This document shows, piece by piece, positions 28,985 through 39,826 of a stretch of 64,000 nt of DNA (the stretch's first letter is position 1; each line of letters opens with the position of its first letter). The stretch spans positions 199,863 through 263,862 of the forward strand of contig JAVYPJ010000001.1 in the NCBI GenBank assembly GCA_038733315.1. The letters run 5' to 3'. The position numbers and the translations under genes are program-made. The notes beneath the pieces are model-generated. The model was not told where the DNA came from. It saw nothing but the letters and a program-made list of their open reading frames with translations, and searched no databases. The stretch is from Candidatus Aenigmatarchaeota archaeon (GTDB lineage: Archaea; Aenigmatarchaeota; Aenigmatarchaeia; CG10238-14; SpSt-28).

Positions 28985-30867
28985 AGAGAGAAATTTCTAT
29001 TACATATATAGAAATCGAAAAATGGTTAAAGGAAAATCAAGAGAACATAGTTAATTCGATTATTAAGAAAATTAAGCAGAGAGAAAAAATATTTTATTTC
29101 AAGCTGTTTAAAGGAAAAAACCAAAATTTAATAATATATTTACCGTATTTTTTGTTTTTTTCTAACTCTTCAATAAGGGTTGAAAAACCTACTACCTTTC
29201 AGATGGTTTTGAGAAAATATGCTGAAGATAAAAGAATTGAAAAGGTTTATCAGAGAGAAATGGATAAAATTGTTATATTCGAGCTATCTAATAAAATTAA
29301 ATTAATTTTTGAGTTTTTTTCTGATGGAAATATAATAATAGTTGATGAAAACGGAAAAATAATAGACGCTTTAGTAAAAAGAGATTGGAAAGATAGAAGT
29401 ATAAATAGAAATGTAGAGTATAAGTTTCCGCCATTAAAAAATTTAATTAAAAAAAACTTTCAAGAAATTTTTGAGATATGTAAAAATTCTGATTTAGCTA
29501 TATTCAAATTTCTCATAGAAAATTTTGGTTTAAATTCGTATTATGCACAAGCTATTTTAGAAACTCTTAAAATAGATAAGAATAAAAATTGTAAAGAGAT
29601 TTCTCAAAGAGAGCTTGATTTAATTCTTAAGAGTATAGAAGAGATATTAAAATCAAAGGAGTTTTATATAAAGAAAAACGATTTGATATGGATAGGTTCG
29701 TTAAATATTAGCGATTCTATAAGAATAGAAAAAATTAATGATGCTTTTTTAGAAGGATTTAGCATAATCGAGAAAAAAAAGATAATAAGAAAAGAAAAAG
29801 AGAAAGAAGAGAAAGTTAAAAAAATTTTTGAAGCAATAGAAGAGAGTAAAAGAAAAATAATGGAAGAAATTTCTGAAATTTCAGAAAAAATCGATGTAAT
29901 ACAAAATAATTATAGTTTAATTTCAGAAATTTCTGAAAAGATTTTAGCTCTTAGAGGTATGAATGTCGATTGGCAGGATATAAAAAATATTATTAAAAAA
30001 CAGTATAAGGAGGTTTTAGAAATAAACGAGCATCTTGGTAGTATTAAGTTAAAATTTGGAGAAAAAGAGATAACTTTAAGTTTTAGAGATTTGAAAAGTT
30101 TCTTAAATAAACTTTTCGAAAGAAGAAAAAAGCTAAAAGAAAAATTAAGTAAAATTGAGGAAAGGCAAAAAGAAGAAATTAAGATTGAAGTAGAAAAAGA
30201 AAGCTTTGGTTTAGCATTAGAAAAAGAAGAGAAGGAGCAAAAACAATGGTACGAAAAGTTTAGATGGTTTATAAGTTCAGATGGATTTTTAGTTGTTAGC
30301 GGAAAAGATGCCGAGAGTAATGAGGAGTTAATAAAAAAATACGTAAGGGAGCAAGATATAATCTTTCATGCGGATATTCATGGCTCTCCGTTTACTGTTA
30401 TAAGAAACGATAAGAAACAAAACATTCCACTACAAACAATTTATGAGGCAGCTCAGTTTACAGCTTGTTATTCTCAAGCTTGGGATTTGGGCTTAGGTAA
30501 TATTAATGTTTATTATGTAAGGCCAAATCAATTGGTTAAGTCAAATTTGCCAAAAGGCAGTTTTTTAATTACTGGTGAAAGAATTTGGTTAGAAAAGGTT
30601 AAGTTAAGGTTAGCTATTGGTGTTTATGAAGAAATGGGAAAAGTAAAAATATTTGCAGCTCCACCAGTAGCTGCTAGGAAAAAAACTCAATACATAATAA
30701 CGTTAGTTCCAGGAAATAGAAGTGCAGATGAATTGGTAAAGGAAATAAGAAAACATTTTGAAAGCAATTTACCTTTTGAAATTAGAGCATTGTTTGAGAA
30801 AGTTAGCGACGAAGAAATAAAAAGGCTAATTCCTTTTAGTAAGGGCGAATTAGTTAGGGTTATATAG
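28981..30867 (+). CDS. rqcH: RqcH/NEMF (NFACT) ribosome quality-control protein
   Basis: F.M.LRK, EFF..GNII..D, WYEKFRWF.SSDG.LV..GKDA..NE, HADIHGSP. Confidence 0.92.
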   Translation: MKREISITYIEIEKWLKENQENIVNSIIKKIKQREKIFYFKLFKGKNQNLIIYLPYFLFFSNSSIRVEKPTTFQMVLRKYAEDKRIEKVYQREMDKIVIFELSNKIKLIFEFFSDGNIIIVDENGKIIDALVKRDWKDRSINRNVEYKFPPLKNLIKKNFQEIFEICKNSDLAIFKFLIENFGLNSYYAQAILETLKIDKNKNCKEISQRELDLILKSIEEILKSKEFYIKKNDLIWIGSLNISDSIRIEKINDAFLEGFSIIEKKKIIRKEKEKEEKVKKIFEAIEESKRKIMEEISEISEKIDVIQNNYSLISEISEKILALRGMNVDWQDIKNIIKKQYKEVLEINEHLGSIKLKFGEKEITLSFRDLKSFLNKLFERRKKLKEKLSKIEERQKEEIKIEVEKESFGLALEKEEKEQKQWYEKFRWFISSDGFLVVSGKDAESNEELIKKYVREQDIIFHADIHGSPFTVIRNDKKQNIPLQTIYEAAQFTACYSQAWDLGLGNINVYYVRPNQLVKSNLPKGSFLITGERIWLEKVKLRLAIGVYEEMGKVKIFAAPPVAARKKTQYIITLVPGNRSADELVKEIRKHFESNLPFEIRALFEKVSDEEIKRLIPFSKGELVRVI

Positions 30868-30880
30868 TTTTTATTAAAGT

Positions 30881-31954
30881 CTAAATAGTATATAATATAT
30901 TGTGTATTTTTTCGGTATTTTCTATTTCGGTTTTTAATTTCATGTGATAAATATCAATACCTAAATGTCTGTTTTTTCCTAATTTAGTTTCTATTTTATT
31001 TTCTTCTAAAGCGTTTTTTATTTTCTGGATTTTTTTACCGTCTGAAGAAGCAATTAACATATTACATTTTTCAAGACCAGTTTTTTCTACAAACATCTTT
31101 GAAATAGAATAAACTTTTTCAAAATTATTAGATACAGAAAGAACAGCCGAAAGAATTTTAAATAAATTCAAATCTTTATATTCCAGTCTCTTAAAATCTA
31201 TAATATCGAAAAAATCCGAGCAAATTCTTTTTATTCCGTACTTGTCATCTTTAGTATCACACATTTTTAAAATCAAATTTCCTAATTCTTTATGGTGCTT
31301 TATAATACTCTTTCTATAAATTCTCGCCAATTCTAGGAAATCACTATATCTTTTGTTTTCTAGAACCTTTGCGCAATCTATAACAAAAGATAAAGTTGCC
31401 CCCGGCATTATTACATCTATAATATCACCTAAGGTACTCACAAATTCATTTAAAATTTTTTTATGATTTTCATTACCCATACTATCTAATAAATACTTGA
31501 AGGTGGTTTTGGTATCGTCATCATCTAATATCTCTACTTTTATGTTTTTATTTTCTAATTTTTTAATTAATTCTTTATCTACATCCAAATCAAGAAAGTA
31601 TACATACTTTAATTTTTCGAAAAAATCTTTTTTTATAATAAAATTCTCGACCAAATCTCTTAGAGGCTTTCTTTGTGTGAAAAAGAAGCTTATCTTATCA
31701 CTAATTTTATCGTAGCTCAAAGAAAGCATATAAATTTTTACTAGTAATGACAGTAGTCCATCTCTATCGTAATGTACGAAGAAGATGATTTCACTATCTT
31801 TATTTTTAAAGGAATTACTTTTTAAACCAAATGTAAAACTACAAGATGAAAATATTTTATAAATGTCTAAATAATTACTTTCAGTTTCAAACAAATTTTT
31901 ATTTAGATCTTTTTTTAAATAATGAGCTCCACTCATAAATGTGCTTAAAAACAA
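30881..31954 (-). CDS. Hypothetical protein, degenerate DHH-like
   Basis: HYDRDG and FLDL resemble DHH motifs I/II; motif III reads DDD; true start uncertain. Confidence 0.45.
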   Translation of the reverse strand: MFLSTFMSGAHYLKKDLNKNLFETESNYLDIYKIFSSCSFTFGLKSNSFKNKDSEIIFFVHYDRDGLLSLLVKIYMLSLSYDKISDKISFFFTQRKPLRDLVENFIIKKDFFEKLKYVYFLDLDVDKELIKKLENKNIKVEILDDDDTKTTFKYLLDSMGNENHKKILNEFVSTLGDIIDVIMPGATLSFVIDCAKVLENKRYSDFLELARIYRKSIIKHHKELGNLILKMCDTKDDKYGIKRICSDFFDIIDFKRLEYKDLNLFKILSAVLSVSNNFEKVYSISKMFVEKTGLEKCNMLIASSDGKKIQKIKNALEENKIETKLGKNRHLGIDIYHMKLKTEIENTEKIHNILYTI

Positions 31955-32021
31955 AATATTTAAACTTTTTCAACAAAAAATTAAATCTTTCAGTTTATAG
32001 AGAATTATAAAAAACAATGAA

Positions 32022-33302
32022 CTAAACCTGAATTTGGGCTGTTCCACCGGCATGCCAGCTTAATCTAGGTCTAATTATTGCTGTAAATATTCTTTCTAGG
32101 TTATCGTCTAAAATTAGCGCAGCTCCATATACTCTTGGTAATTTATTAAAATAGTATTGAAAATCTTCTTCCATATATGTCTGCATTACAGAATGTAATG
32201 CTTTTAAATCTTCTCTAGAGGTTAATCTAAAAGAAATTACTATGTCTGTCTGACTTAATAAATCTTGATGTAATTTGTTTGGCATTTGTGTTATACAAAC
32301 TAAATTTACTCCCGGCTCTCTTCCTTGTTTAGCAATAGTTAGAATAGGTTCTAATGCAATAGTTTTTCTATCGCTTGGAGCAAAGTTTTGAGCCTCCTCA
32401 AAAATAAGCCAAGTAATTGGAAAGAAAAATTTTTGAATTCTACCCTCTATTTTTGCTACTTCTTCTTCCTTTCTTGACAAAACCCTTTTAAAGTAGGTAT
32501 TTGAAGTAATCCAAGCAGCAATCATATTTATTATAGCATTACTTTTAACTCTAGATAAATCTATTACACTTACTTTTCCAGGAATTACTATATCTTCTAT
32601 TTTGCTTCCTTCTTTTTCGAAAATGCCCCAAGTATCTACTGTTTTAAATATAGAAATTAATGTTTTTTTGACGTTTTCATCCATTTCTTTATCTTCTTGC
32701 AACTTTCTTATTATATCTTTTAAATCATATTTCCCTATTTCCTTTTTTAGTTCTGCCAAAATTTTTTCTAAGGCAATTGCAAGATTCGAAGTTCTTTCCC
32801 ACTCAAAAGTTTTAACCCAATCTTCTATACTAAAATCGCTAGTGGTTAAAGTTAATGTTTTATCTACAGGTATTCCAGCATTTATATAATCTTGAGCTAA
32901 ACCTTTTGGGACAAAAACTTCGATAAATTCTTTAAATCCCTTTGGTTCTAAATTCCATTGTTTTAATAAAAGTTTTTGTTGCTCGTTTGGAAATTTTATA
33001 CTCCAGTATATACCCATAGGATCTAAAATTACCATTGCAGATTTTTTTCTTATTTCATCTTCTAATTGGCAAAATTCTTCAATTATTACTCCACTAGAAT
33101 AGCTTTTTCCGCTACCCCTTTTTCCACAAATTAAAACAACATGACTTTTAGTAAAATCGAAATAGACTTTTGTAGTTAATTGCCAATCATATTCACCAAT
33201 AACTAAATGCCTTCCAATATAGCCAGCACCTTTAATTCCAAGTTTTTTCTTCTCTTCTTCACTTCTCCCAATAATTGTTTCAACAATTTCTGAAATTACC
33301 AT
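32022..33302 (-). CDS. HerA/DUF87-family ATPase
   Basis: GKRGSGKS Walker A, LDPMG, FEEAQNF Walker B, KQGR.PG....TQ.P. Confidence 0.88.
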   Translation of the reverse strand: MVISEIVETIIGRSEEEKKKLGIKGAGYIGRHLVIGEYDWQLTTKVYFDFTKSHVVLICGKRGSGKSYSSGVIIEEFCQLEDEIRKKSAMVILDPMGIYWSIKFPNEQQKLLLKQWNLEPKGFKEFIEVFVPKGLAQDYINAGIPVDKTLTLTTSDFSIEDWVKTFEWERTSNLAIALEKILAELKKEIGKYDLKDIIRKLQEDKEMDENVKKTLISIFKTVDTWGIFEKEGSKIEDIVIPGKVSVIDLSRVKSNAIINMIAAWITSNTYFKRVLSRKEEEVAKIEGRIQKFFFPITWLIFEEAQNFAPSDRKTIALEPILTIAKQGREPGVNLVCITQMPNKLHQDLLSQTDIVISFRLTSREDLKALHSVMQTYMEEDFQYYFNKLPRVYGAALILDDNLERIFTAIIRPRLSWHAGGTAQIQV

Positions 33303-33366
33303 AAATTAAATCTTCATATTTCTACGTTATATAAACAAAGGATTTTATTAAGATAGTTTTGGTATT

Positions 33367-33437
33367 TGCGCCGGCCGGGATTTGAACCCGGGCTACCGGC
33401 TTGGAAGGCCGGTGTCCTACCACTAGACTACCGGCGC
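33367..33437 (-). tRNA. tRNA-Gly(TCC)
   Basis: Reverse-complement cloverleaf; CCGGC-CTTCCAA-GCCGG. Confidence 0.97.
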
Positions 33438-33488
33438 ATATAAAAATATTTGTTTAATTTTTATTTAGTTGGAGAATTAATATCTTAT

Positions 33489-33559
33489 GGGTCCGTAGTC
33501 TAACGGTAGGACGCCGCCCTGACGCGGCGGAGAACCCGGTTCAACTCCGGGCGGACCCA
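33489..33559 (+). tRNA. tRNA-Val(GAC)
   Basis: Cloverleaf; CCGCC-CTGACGC-GGCGG; divergent from tRNA-Gly. Confidence 0.95.
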
Positions 33560-34306
33560 TTAATATGCTAAAGCTTGTAATAAATTTCTAGTCCCTATGG
33601 AAAAGCTTAAAACTGAAAAAGATGTTTTAATGAAGTTTTTAGAATCTTCACTTAAAGTTATGATATCCAAAAGTTTTATTAAAGATATTATAAAGATTAG
33701 TTTTATAAATAAATATCCTATTGAAAAGTATTCTAAGATTAATCTAGAAAAAACGTGCTGCTCGTAAAAACCGAAAAAAAGAACGTTTATTATTGTTATG
33801 GTTGCTTCATATAATTGCCCTATAATTAGCAATCTGTTAAATAGGTTTATTTTAGCTATGAAAATTAATATAATAAACAGAAATGATAATGGAAAATATA
33901 TAGATAAAGCTTGTAGATTTTTTAGTTCTAATTGAAATGAAAATGTAAAAAACATAAGAGTTCCTAAAATAAACGCAGTTTTTTCATAACTATTAGCTAA
34001 AATTTTTCTTGAAAGATACATCAATATAACAAAAAATATTATATATAATCCTTCAATCCAAGGGGTTATAAAAATAATGCTAGAAATAATTTTATAATCT
34101 TCTAAAACTCTAATTGCAGAGAATGGAAGCGCTAAAAAATGCGAAAATATAGCAAATCTATAATCGATTTTTATCTTTTGTTTCTTAACAAACTTATAAA
34201 GTAGAAAGATTGCTATTAAAAATACAATAGAATAAATAAATGTTTTAAAAAAGGTATATCCCTCTCTTTTAGGATCAAAGAAATATATATAAATTTCTTC
34301 TATCAT
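33560..34306 (-). CDS. DUF63-family membrane protein
   Basis: YF.DP...GY....T..Y; RVLED; FITP; F.EQHV; G.RN. Confidence 0.8.
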   Translation of the reverse strand: MIEEIYIYFFDPKREGYTFFKTFIYSIVFLIAIFLLYKFVKKQKIKIDYRFAIFSHFLALPFSAIRVLEDYKIISSIIFITPWIEGLYIIFFVILMYLSRKILANSYEKTAFILGTLMFFTFSFQLELKNLQALSIYFPLSFLFIILIFIAKINLFNRLLIIGQLYEATITIINVLFFGFYEQHVFSRLILEYFSIGYLFIKLIFIISLIKLLDIITLSEDSKNFIKTSFSVLSFSIGTRNLLQALAY

Positions 34307-34317
34307 AAAAAACTTTT

Positions 34318-35115
34318 ATGAATAATATTGTTAGAGGATTACAATTACTTTTAGTGGCTTTAATTTTAGTTTTTGGAATATTTCTTTCGGGCTGTACTAA
34401 TTTACCATTAGATTCTACAGCACCAGCATTTAGCGCTAGAACTTCTAACGGTTTACTTATTAAAAGTGTGAATTACGAATCTAAAATTTCTGAAAAATCG
34501 GATGTAGAGATTGTGGTTAATATAGAAAATGCTGGATACGATGCTAATAACGTTAAAATTACTCTCTTTGGTTTAACTGATCGCTGGACTCCTAAACCGC
34601 CAATTTCAGAAAATATAGGTAGTTTAAAAAATGGAGAAACATATGAAAAAATATTCAAAGTCAAATCTCCTGAAATAGCTGAAAATAGAACTGATAGCTT
34701 TGGATTAAAGCTTGAATACGATTATACTTCTGTATATGAAGCTAAGATAGTTTTGAGAAAGAAGGATAAAAACATTACTGTTAGTCTAGAGGGAGAAAGA
34801 TTAGTTAAACCAGCTCCGATAACTTTTAAATTATCTTCTCACAAAATTTCAAATAACGTACTTTATCTTAACTTTTCTGTTTCAAATGAAGGAAGTGGAA
34901 AAACAAACGAAATAAGAATATATGCTGATGGTATTAGTTGCGACAGCTCGGCTGATTTAAAAAACAAATCTAGAGTTTCTTGTAGCGTTGAGATACCATC
35001 TTTTGACGAAGTGTTAGTTAAAGAATTTCAATTAAGAGCAGCATATAGATATGAATATCAAACAGATTTAGTTTATAAGATAAATGTATATAAAATTAAA
35101 CCAGAATCAGAATAA
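34318..35115 (+). CDS. Putative lipoprotein with Ig-like/CARDB domains
   Basis: LSGC lipobox; V.IENAG.DA.NV and V.N.GSG beta-rich repeats. Confidence 0.7.
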   Translation: MNNIVRGLQLLLVALILVFGIFLSGCTNLPLDSTAPAFSARTSNGLLIKSVNYESKISEKSDVEIVVNIENAGYDANNVKITLFGLTDRWTPKPPISENIGSLKNGETYEKIFKVKSPEIAENRTDSFGLKLEYDYTSVYEAKIVLRKKDKNITVSLEGERLVKPAPITFKLSSHKISNNVLYLNFSVSNEGSGKTNEIRIYADGISCDSSADLKNKSRVSCSVEIPSFDEVLVKEFQLRAAYRYEYQTDLVYKINVYKIKPESE

Positions 35116-35124
35116 TAAACTATT

Positions 35125-37932
35125 TTAATCAAAAACAAAAACTATAGAGGGCCTTGCTGGTAAAGAATCCTTAGCTTTAACCTCTTTACTTTCCTCTTCT
35201 CTTTCTATTTCGAATTTACAATCGAATTCTTTTTCTAAAAATTCTTTATATTGAGATAAAACTTCGAACTCGTTTTCGATTAAATAGTTTAATATTTTCG
35301 ATTTTTTAATTATTTTTTTTGCAATATCATTATTAAAATATTTTTTGTTCAATTCATTCAGATTAATCCCACTTTCAATTTCTTTCTTAATATTTTTAGC
35401 GATTTCAAACTTTTCTTTATTCGCTACAATCAATTTTATTTCTTTTGGTTTTTTATTTTTAATTTTTAATATCTCTCTTATATCGCTTGTAACGAATTCT
35501 ATATACTCTTCGCTTTTTAATATATTCTCATCTATTTTTTCTACTTTTGGCCAAGAGATGTTTATAGCATCTTTTCCAATTTTTTCAAGAATTTCAGAAG
35601 TTATATGTGGAATTATAGGATTTAATATAATGTTTCTAGCTTCAATATAATAGTTTAAAACCTCTTTATTCGGAACCTTAACCCTATTCAAATATTTATT
35701 AAATTTATTCTCTAATTCAAACCATGCTCTTTGGATAACATTTTTAAAATTAAGGTTTTCATATTCTTGCTCCACTTCTTTAATAATTTTTTTGATAACA
35801 TTTTCAATCCACAAATCAATGTAGCTTTTCTCTTCCTTACCTTTATTATAATTTTCTATACAAAATTTATACCATTCTTTCAAATAGTTTTCGATTTTTT
35901 TGGATAAGCTTAACTCTATGTTTAAATCTTCTAGTCCAGCGTTTCCGGCATAAGCACTAAGAAATCTTAATATATCTGCTGAGTATTTTTCAATAGCATC
36001 TAATATAGGAATAAAGTTTCCTTTTGATTTGCTCATTTTTTCTCCATCAATTAACAAAAATCCATTAATTCCAATTCCTTTTGGCCAGTATTCATTTGGA
36101 AATATTGCAACATGATGGAAAATCATAAAGGATAAATGATTTGGAATTAAATCCTTTCCGCTAATTCTTAAATCCATTGGATACCAATATTCAAACTCTT
36201 TTCTCATTTCATTTAAAATCTTTTCATCAATTCCATATTTTTTAGAAATTTCTTTTGAACTTCCTTTTCCAAGAAATATATAATCAAAAAATTCTTCACT
36301 TAATTTATTTGCATCTATGTTTTTAATTAAATGAGCAATTGTATAATAAGCCATATAAATTGTAGAATCGGATAAACTTTCAATAATCCACTCTTTATCC
36401 CATGGTAATGGAGTACCTAAGCTTTCTTTATGTGTAAATGCCCATTCCCTTAGTATTTTTATAGAGGTCTCAAAATTTTTTCTAACACTTTCTGGAATTA
36501 TTTTCATTTTAGATAAACATTCTAAAGCTAAGTTTTTCCATTCCTCATTAGAATAATCTAAAAACCATTGATCGCTTAAAATTTTTACAATAACTTTATT
36601 TTTATATCTTGATTCAAATCTTATTGGCAAAGTATAATATTTTTCTGCAATTCCTAGAGAAATTAGTTTTTCAGCGAATTCGTTTTTAATTTCGTAAATT
36701 TTTCTATTTGAAAATTCTCCAAAAATCTCTTTTGTAATTGCGTTATAGAATTCTATCGAATAAATCTCCTCTGTAGCTTTTTCTAACTTTTCTTTATCGT
36801 TTTGAGAAGAGATTTTCATTTTTTCAACAATATCTTTTGCTGGGAAATCTGAAAATCCTTCTAATTTAAATAGAGATTTCATGTTTTTTAAGCATTTTTC
36901 AGCAACTTCTCTATATTCTTTATTTTCTGATTTTGCTAAATCAACTAATGCAATATAATCATAAGGTGCATGCGAAGGCACACTCATTACTATTCCACTA
37001 CCTATTTCAACATCAACAAAATTAGCTGGTAATATAGGAATTTTTTCTTTTGTTAATGGATTTTCAGCAAAATTTAGAATAAAGTCTTTTATATCGATTT
37101 TTTCTACAATTTCAACACTTCTTTCTTGATTTTTAATTTCTTCAATAACTATGGAATTTGGTAATAACCAAAATTCTTCATTTACTTTTGCAATTATATA
37201 TTCATAATCGGAATTTATCCAAATGTTTGTAACTCCGTAAATAGTTTCTGGTCTTAAGGTAAAGCATGGTAATATTATTTCTTTATCTTTGTAAAAAATT
37301 TTAAATTTTAAGAGATATCCCTCTATGTAACTAATTCCAGCAAAATCATCAGGTCTATCATGATCTCCAATAACCTTTTTAACTTTTGGATCCCAAATTA
37401 CTGGATGCCTACCTTTTTTTACAAAATCTCTCTCTTTTAATTTATAGTATTGCCATTCAATGAATTTTGAATAATGTTTATTTAAGCTTGTTGTAAAAAA
37501 TTCTCTTCTCCAATCTATGGAATATCCTAATTTTTTTAATGTCTCTTTTGCTTTCGGAACAAAATACTCAATCCAATATATTGGATCTTTAAACTTTTCA
37601 ATTTCTTTTTCGTTAACATGCATTAGTTCTATTAATTCTTTTTTAATTTTTTCCTCCCCCTCTTTTAATCTGTATGCCGCAGCTATTATTGGAGAGCCTG
37701 TTGCATGAAATCCTTGAGCAAATAAAACGTTATATCCTAATAATCTTTTAAATCTAGCAATAAATTCAACTCTAGAAGAAGTTGTTAAATGACCTAAATG
37801 CAATAGTCCATTAACATATGGATACGGAAAAGTTACGAAAAATTTTGGTTTTTCAGAAATGTTTGCTTCAAAAACTTTATTCTCTTCCCATATTTTTTGC
37901 CATTTTTCCTCTATTTCCTTCAAATTTATCAT
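35125..37932 (-). CDS. leuS: Leucyl-tRNA synthetase (archaeal type)
   Basis: FPYPY.NG.LHLGH, TLRPET, SVP.HAPYD, KMSKS. Confidence 0.97.
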   Translation of the reverse strand: MINLKEIEEKWQKIWEENKVFEANISEKPKFFVTFPYPYVNGLLHLGHLTTSSRVEFIARFKRLLGYNVLFAQGFHATGSPIIAAAYRLKEGEEKIKKELIELMHVNEKEIEKFKDPIYWIEYFVPKAKETLKKLGYSIDWRREFFTTSLNKHYSKFIEWQYYKLKERDFVKKGRHPVIWDPKVKKVIGDHDRPDDFAGISYIEGYLLKFKIFYKDKEIILPCFTLRPETIYGVTNIWINSDYEYIIAKVNEEFWLLPNSIVIEEIKNQERSVEIVEKIDIKDFILNFAENPLTKEKIPILPANFVDVEIGSGIVMSVPSHAPYDYIALVDLAKSENKEYREVAEKCLKNMKSLFKLEGFSDFPAKDIVEKMKISSQNDKEKLEKATEEIYSIEFYNAITKEIFGEFSNRKIYEIKNEFAEKLISLGIAEKYYTLPIRFESRYKNKVIVKILSDQWFLDYSNEEWKNLALECLSKMKIIPESVRKNFETSIKILREWAFTHKESLGTPLPWDKEWIIESLSDSTIYMAYYTIAHLIKNIDANKLSEEFFDYIFLGKGSSKEISKKYGIDEKILNEMRKEFEYWYPMDLRISGKDLIPNHLSFMIFHHVAIFPNEYWPKGIGINGFLLIDGEKMSKSKGNFIPILDAIEKYSADILRFLSAYAGNAGLEDLNIELSLSKKIENYLKEWYKFCIENYNKGKEEKSYIDLWIENVIKKIIKEVEQEYENLNFKNVIQRAWFELENKFNKYLNRVKVPNKEVLNYYIEARNIILNPIIPHITSEILEKIGKDAINISWPKVEKIDENILKSEEYIEFVTSDIREILKIKNKKPKEIKLIVANKEKFEIAKNIKKEIESGINLNELNKKYFNNDIAKKIIKKSKILNYLIENEFEVLSQYKEFLEKEFDCKFEIEREEESKEVKAKDSLPARPSIVFVFD

Positions 37933-37971
37933 AAGAATTTATTAATGAGAAAAACAATTAATTTATAAATT

Positions 37972-39816
37972 ATGGCAATTTCATACATTTTAGCTCAGCG
38001 CGGCAAATTTTTTCATAGATTTATAAATAGCGAGTTTCCAACAAAATGGTGTGGTTTATGGGATAAAAATAAGAAGTACTTAGATTATTTTGCTATAAAA
38101 ATTAATGATGAATGGCTATCTAAGGAAAATCAAAGCGGTTTTTTATATAATCTAAATTCAGCAACACATTTTTATGAGCTAAAAGATTTTGTAGTTAATG
38201 AAAAAATTTATTTTAAAAATGCTTTAATAATCTCTTTAAACATAACAAATAAAAAAGCAGAGTCTAAAAATTTTAGAATATTATTTGAGTTTGGGGCAAA
38301 CTTTAGAAATTTTGATGAAGGATTAATAGAAAAGAAATACGATGCTGAATATATTGAAAATAAAGCTATAGTAAAATCAGAAGATAGAAAAATGATTTTT
38401 AAAAGCAACAAAAACGGCATTTTTATTGGTAACGAAATATACAAAATTCATTATCCAAGCAATCAATCATTTAAGTGTTTTATTCCAAAAGATTTTGTAG
38501 TATACGATTTTATTGACAATTATTATAAAATTAAATTTTATTTCTTCTTGGAAAAGGAAATAATAAAAAAAGAAAATTTAAAGAGATTTTTATTAGAAAA
38601 TAGGTTAAATACAAATTTTGATTTTGTAGACGAATTATATAAAATAGCAATATTAAATTTGAATTCTTGTTTTAATGGAAATGCGTTTATTGCAGGATAT
38701 CCATGGTTTACATATTATTGGTCTAGAGACGCAGCGTTTTCGATAATTGGAGCGTCTTTAACTTCTATGCAGGATTTTTCTTTAAAAAGTTTATTGTATT
38801 TTTTTAAATATTTTGAAGATAATGTTCCAAACTTTATTTTAGAGAATAAAATAGCATATAATTCTAAGGATTCCTTACCACTTTTAATAATTTCTTTGTA
38901 TGAATATATTAAAAATACTGGAGATTTGAGTTTGTTAAATATTTTAAAAAATAAATTAATAAGGGCTTTCGAATGGTATAGAAAAAATTCTACTGAGCAT
39001 GGATTTATTTATAGTAATTCGAACGAAACCTGGATGGATACTATAGATAGGGAAGGTTATTGCTTAGAAATCCAAACGTTTTGGTATAAAGCTTTAGAAT
39101 GTTTATCTAAGATTTTTAGAATTCTTAAGTTAATAGAGCTTAGTAATCTTTCGAATATATATGCAGAAAAGTTAAAAGAGAATATACTTAAGTATTTTTT
39201 GAAAGACGGAGTTTTTGTAGATAACATTAAAAACAAAAGAGTAACTATAAATTCCATTTTTCCTTTTGTTTTTGATGTCTGTAAAGATAAAGAAATTTTT
39301 AAAAATATAGAAAGTCATTTGAAAGAAAATTTTGGATTTTTAAGCTTATCTAAATTTGATAGCGAGTTTAAAGATAATGAATATCATAAGGGGGCAAGTT
39401 GGTATCATTTGAATGCCTTAGTATCTTACATTTATTTTAAGCTTGGAATGTTTGAAGATGGTTTAAAAATGTTAAAAAATCTTTATGAGTTAAAAGATGC
39501 CTATTGTAAAAATTCTTTAATAGAGGTATATAATGCGAAGAATAAGGATATATTAATTAAAAAACCTATAGGATTTGAAGAAACTTCTTATTTGCAATCT
39601 TGGAGTGCTTCTTGTATTGTTTTTGCAATTCAAAAGGGTTTGTTAGGTATAGATGTAAATTCTATTAACTCTACTATATTTTTAAGACCTTATACGAATT
39701 TTTCTTTGAGGAGAAAAATTGGTAATGATTTCATAGAGATAAATACCTACAATAAAAATTTTTGGTATAGGAGTTCGAAGAACAGGAAATATAGAGTTAT
39801 TATAAAGTATTTATAG
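37972..39816 (+). CDS. Amylo-alpha-1,6-glucosidase / glycogen debranching-family glycosidase
   Basis: AGYPWF..W.RD, TWMD, E.Q..WY, YH.G..W, QSWS. Confidence 0.88.
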   Translation: MAISYILAQRGKFFHRFINSEFPTKWCGLWDKNKKYLDYFAIKINDEWLSKENQSGFLYNLNSATHFYELKDFVVNEKIYFKNALIISLNITNKKAESKNFRILFEFGANFRNFDEGLIEKKYDAEYIENKAIVKSEDRKMIFKSNKNGIFIGNEIYKIHYPSNQSFKCFIPKDFVVYDFIDNYYKIKFYFFLEKEIIKKENLKRFLLENRLNTNFDFVDELYKIAILNLNSCFNGNAFIAGYPWFTYYWSRDAAFSIIGASLTSMQDFSLKSLLYFFKYFEDNVPNFILENKIAYNSKDSLPLLIISLYEYIKNTGDLSLLNILKNKLIRAFEWYRKNSTEHGFIYSNSNETWMDTIDREGYCLEIQTFWYKALECLSKIFRILKLIELSNLSNIYAEKLKENILKYFLKDGVFVDNIKNKRVTINSIFPFVFDVCKDKEIFKNIESHLKENFGFLSLSKFDSEFKDNEYHKGASWYHLNALVSYIYFKLGMFEDGLKMLKNLYELKDAYCKNSLIEVYNAKNKDILIKKPIGFEETSYLQSWSASCIVFAIQKGLLGIDVNSINSTIFLRPYTNFSLRRKIGNDFIEINTYNKNFWYRSSKNRKYRVIIKYL

Positions 39817-39826
39817 GTAATAATTT

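Noticed and set aside
2718..33559. Split, permuted or intron-containing tRNAs
   Set aside because: All six tRNAs fold as complete, uninterrupted cloverleaves.
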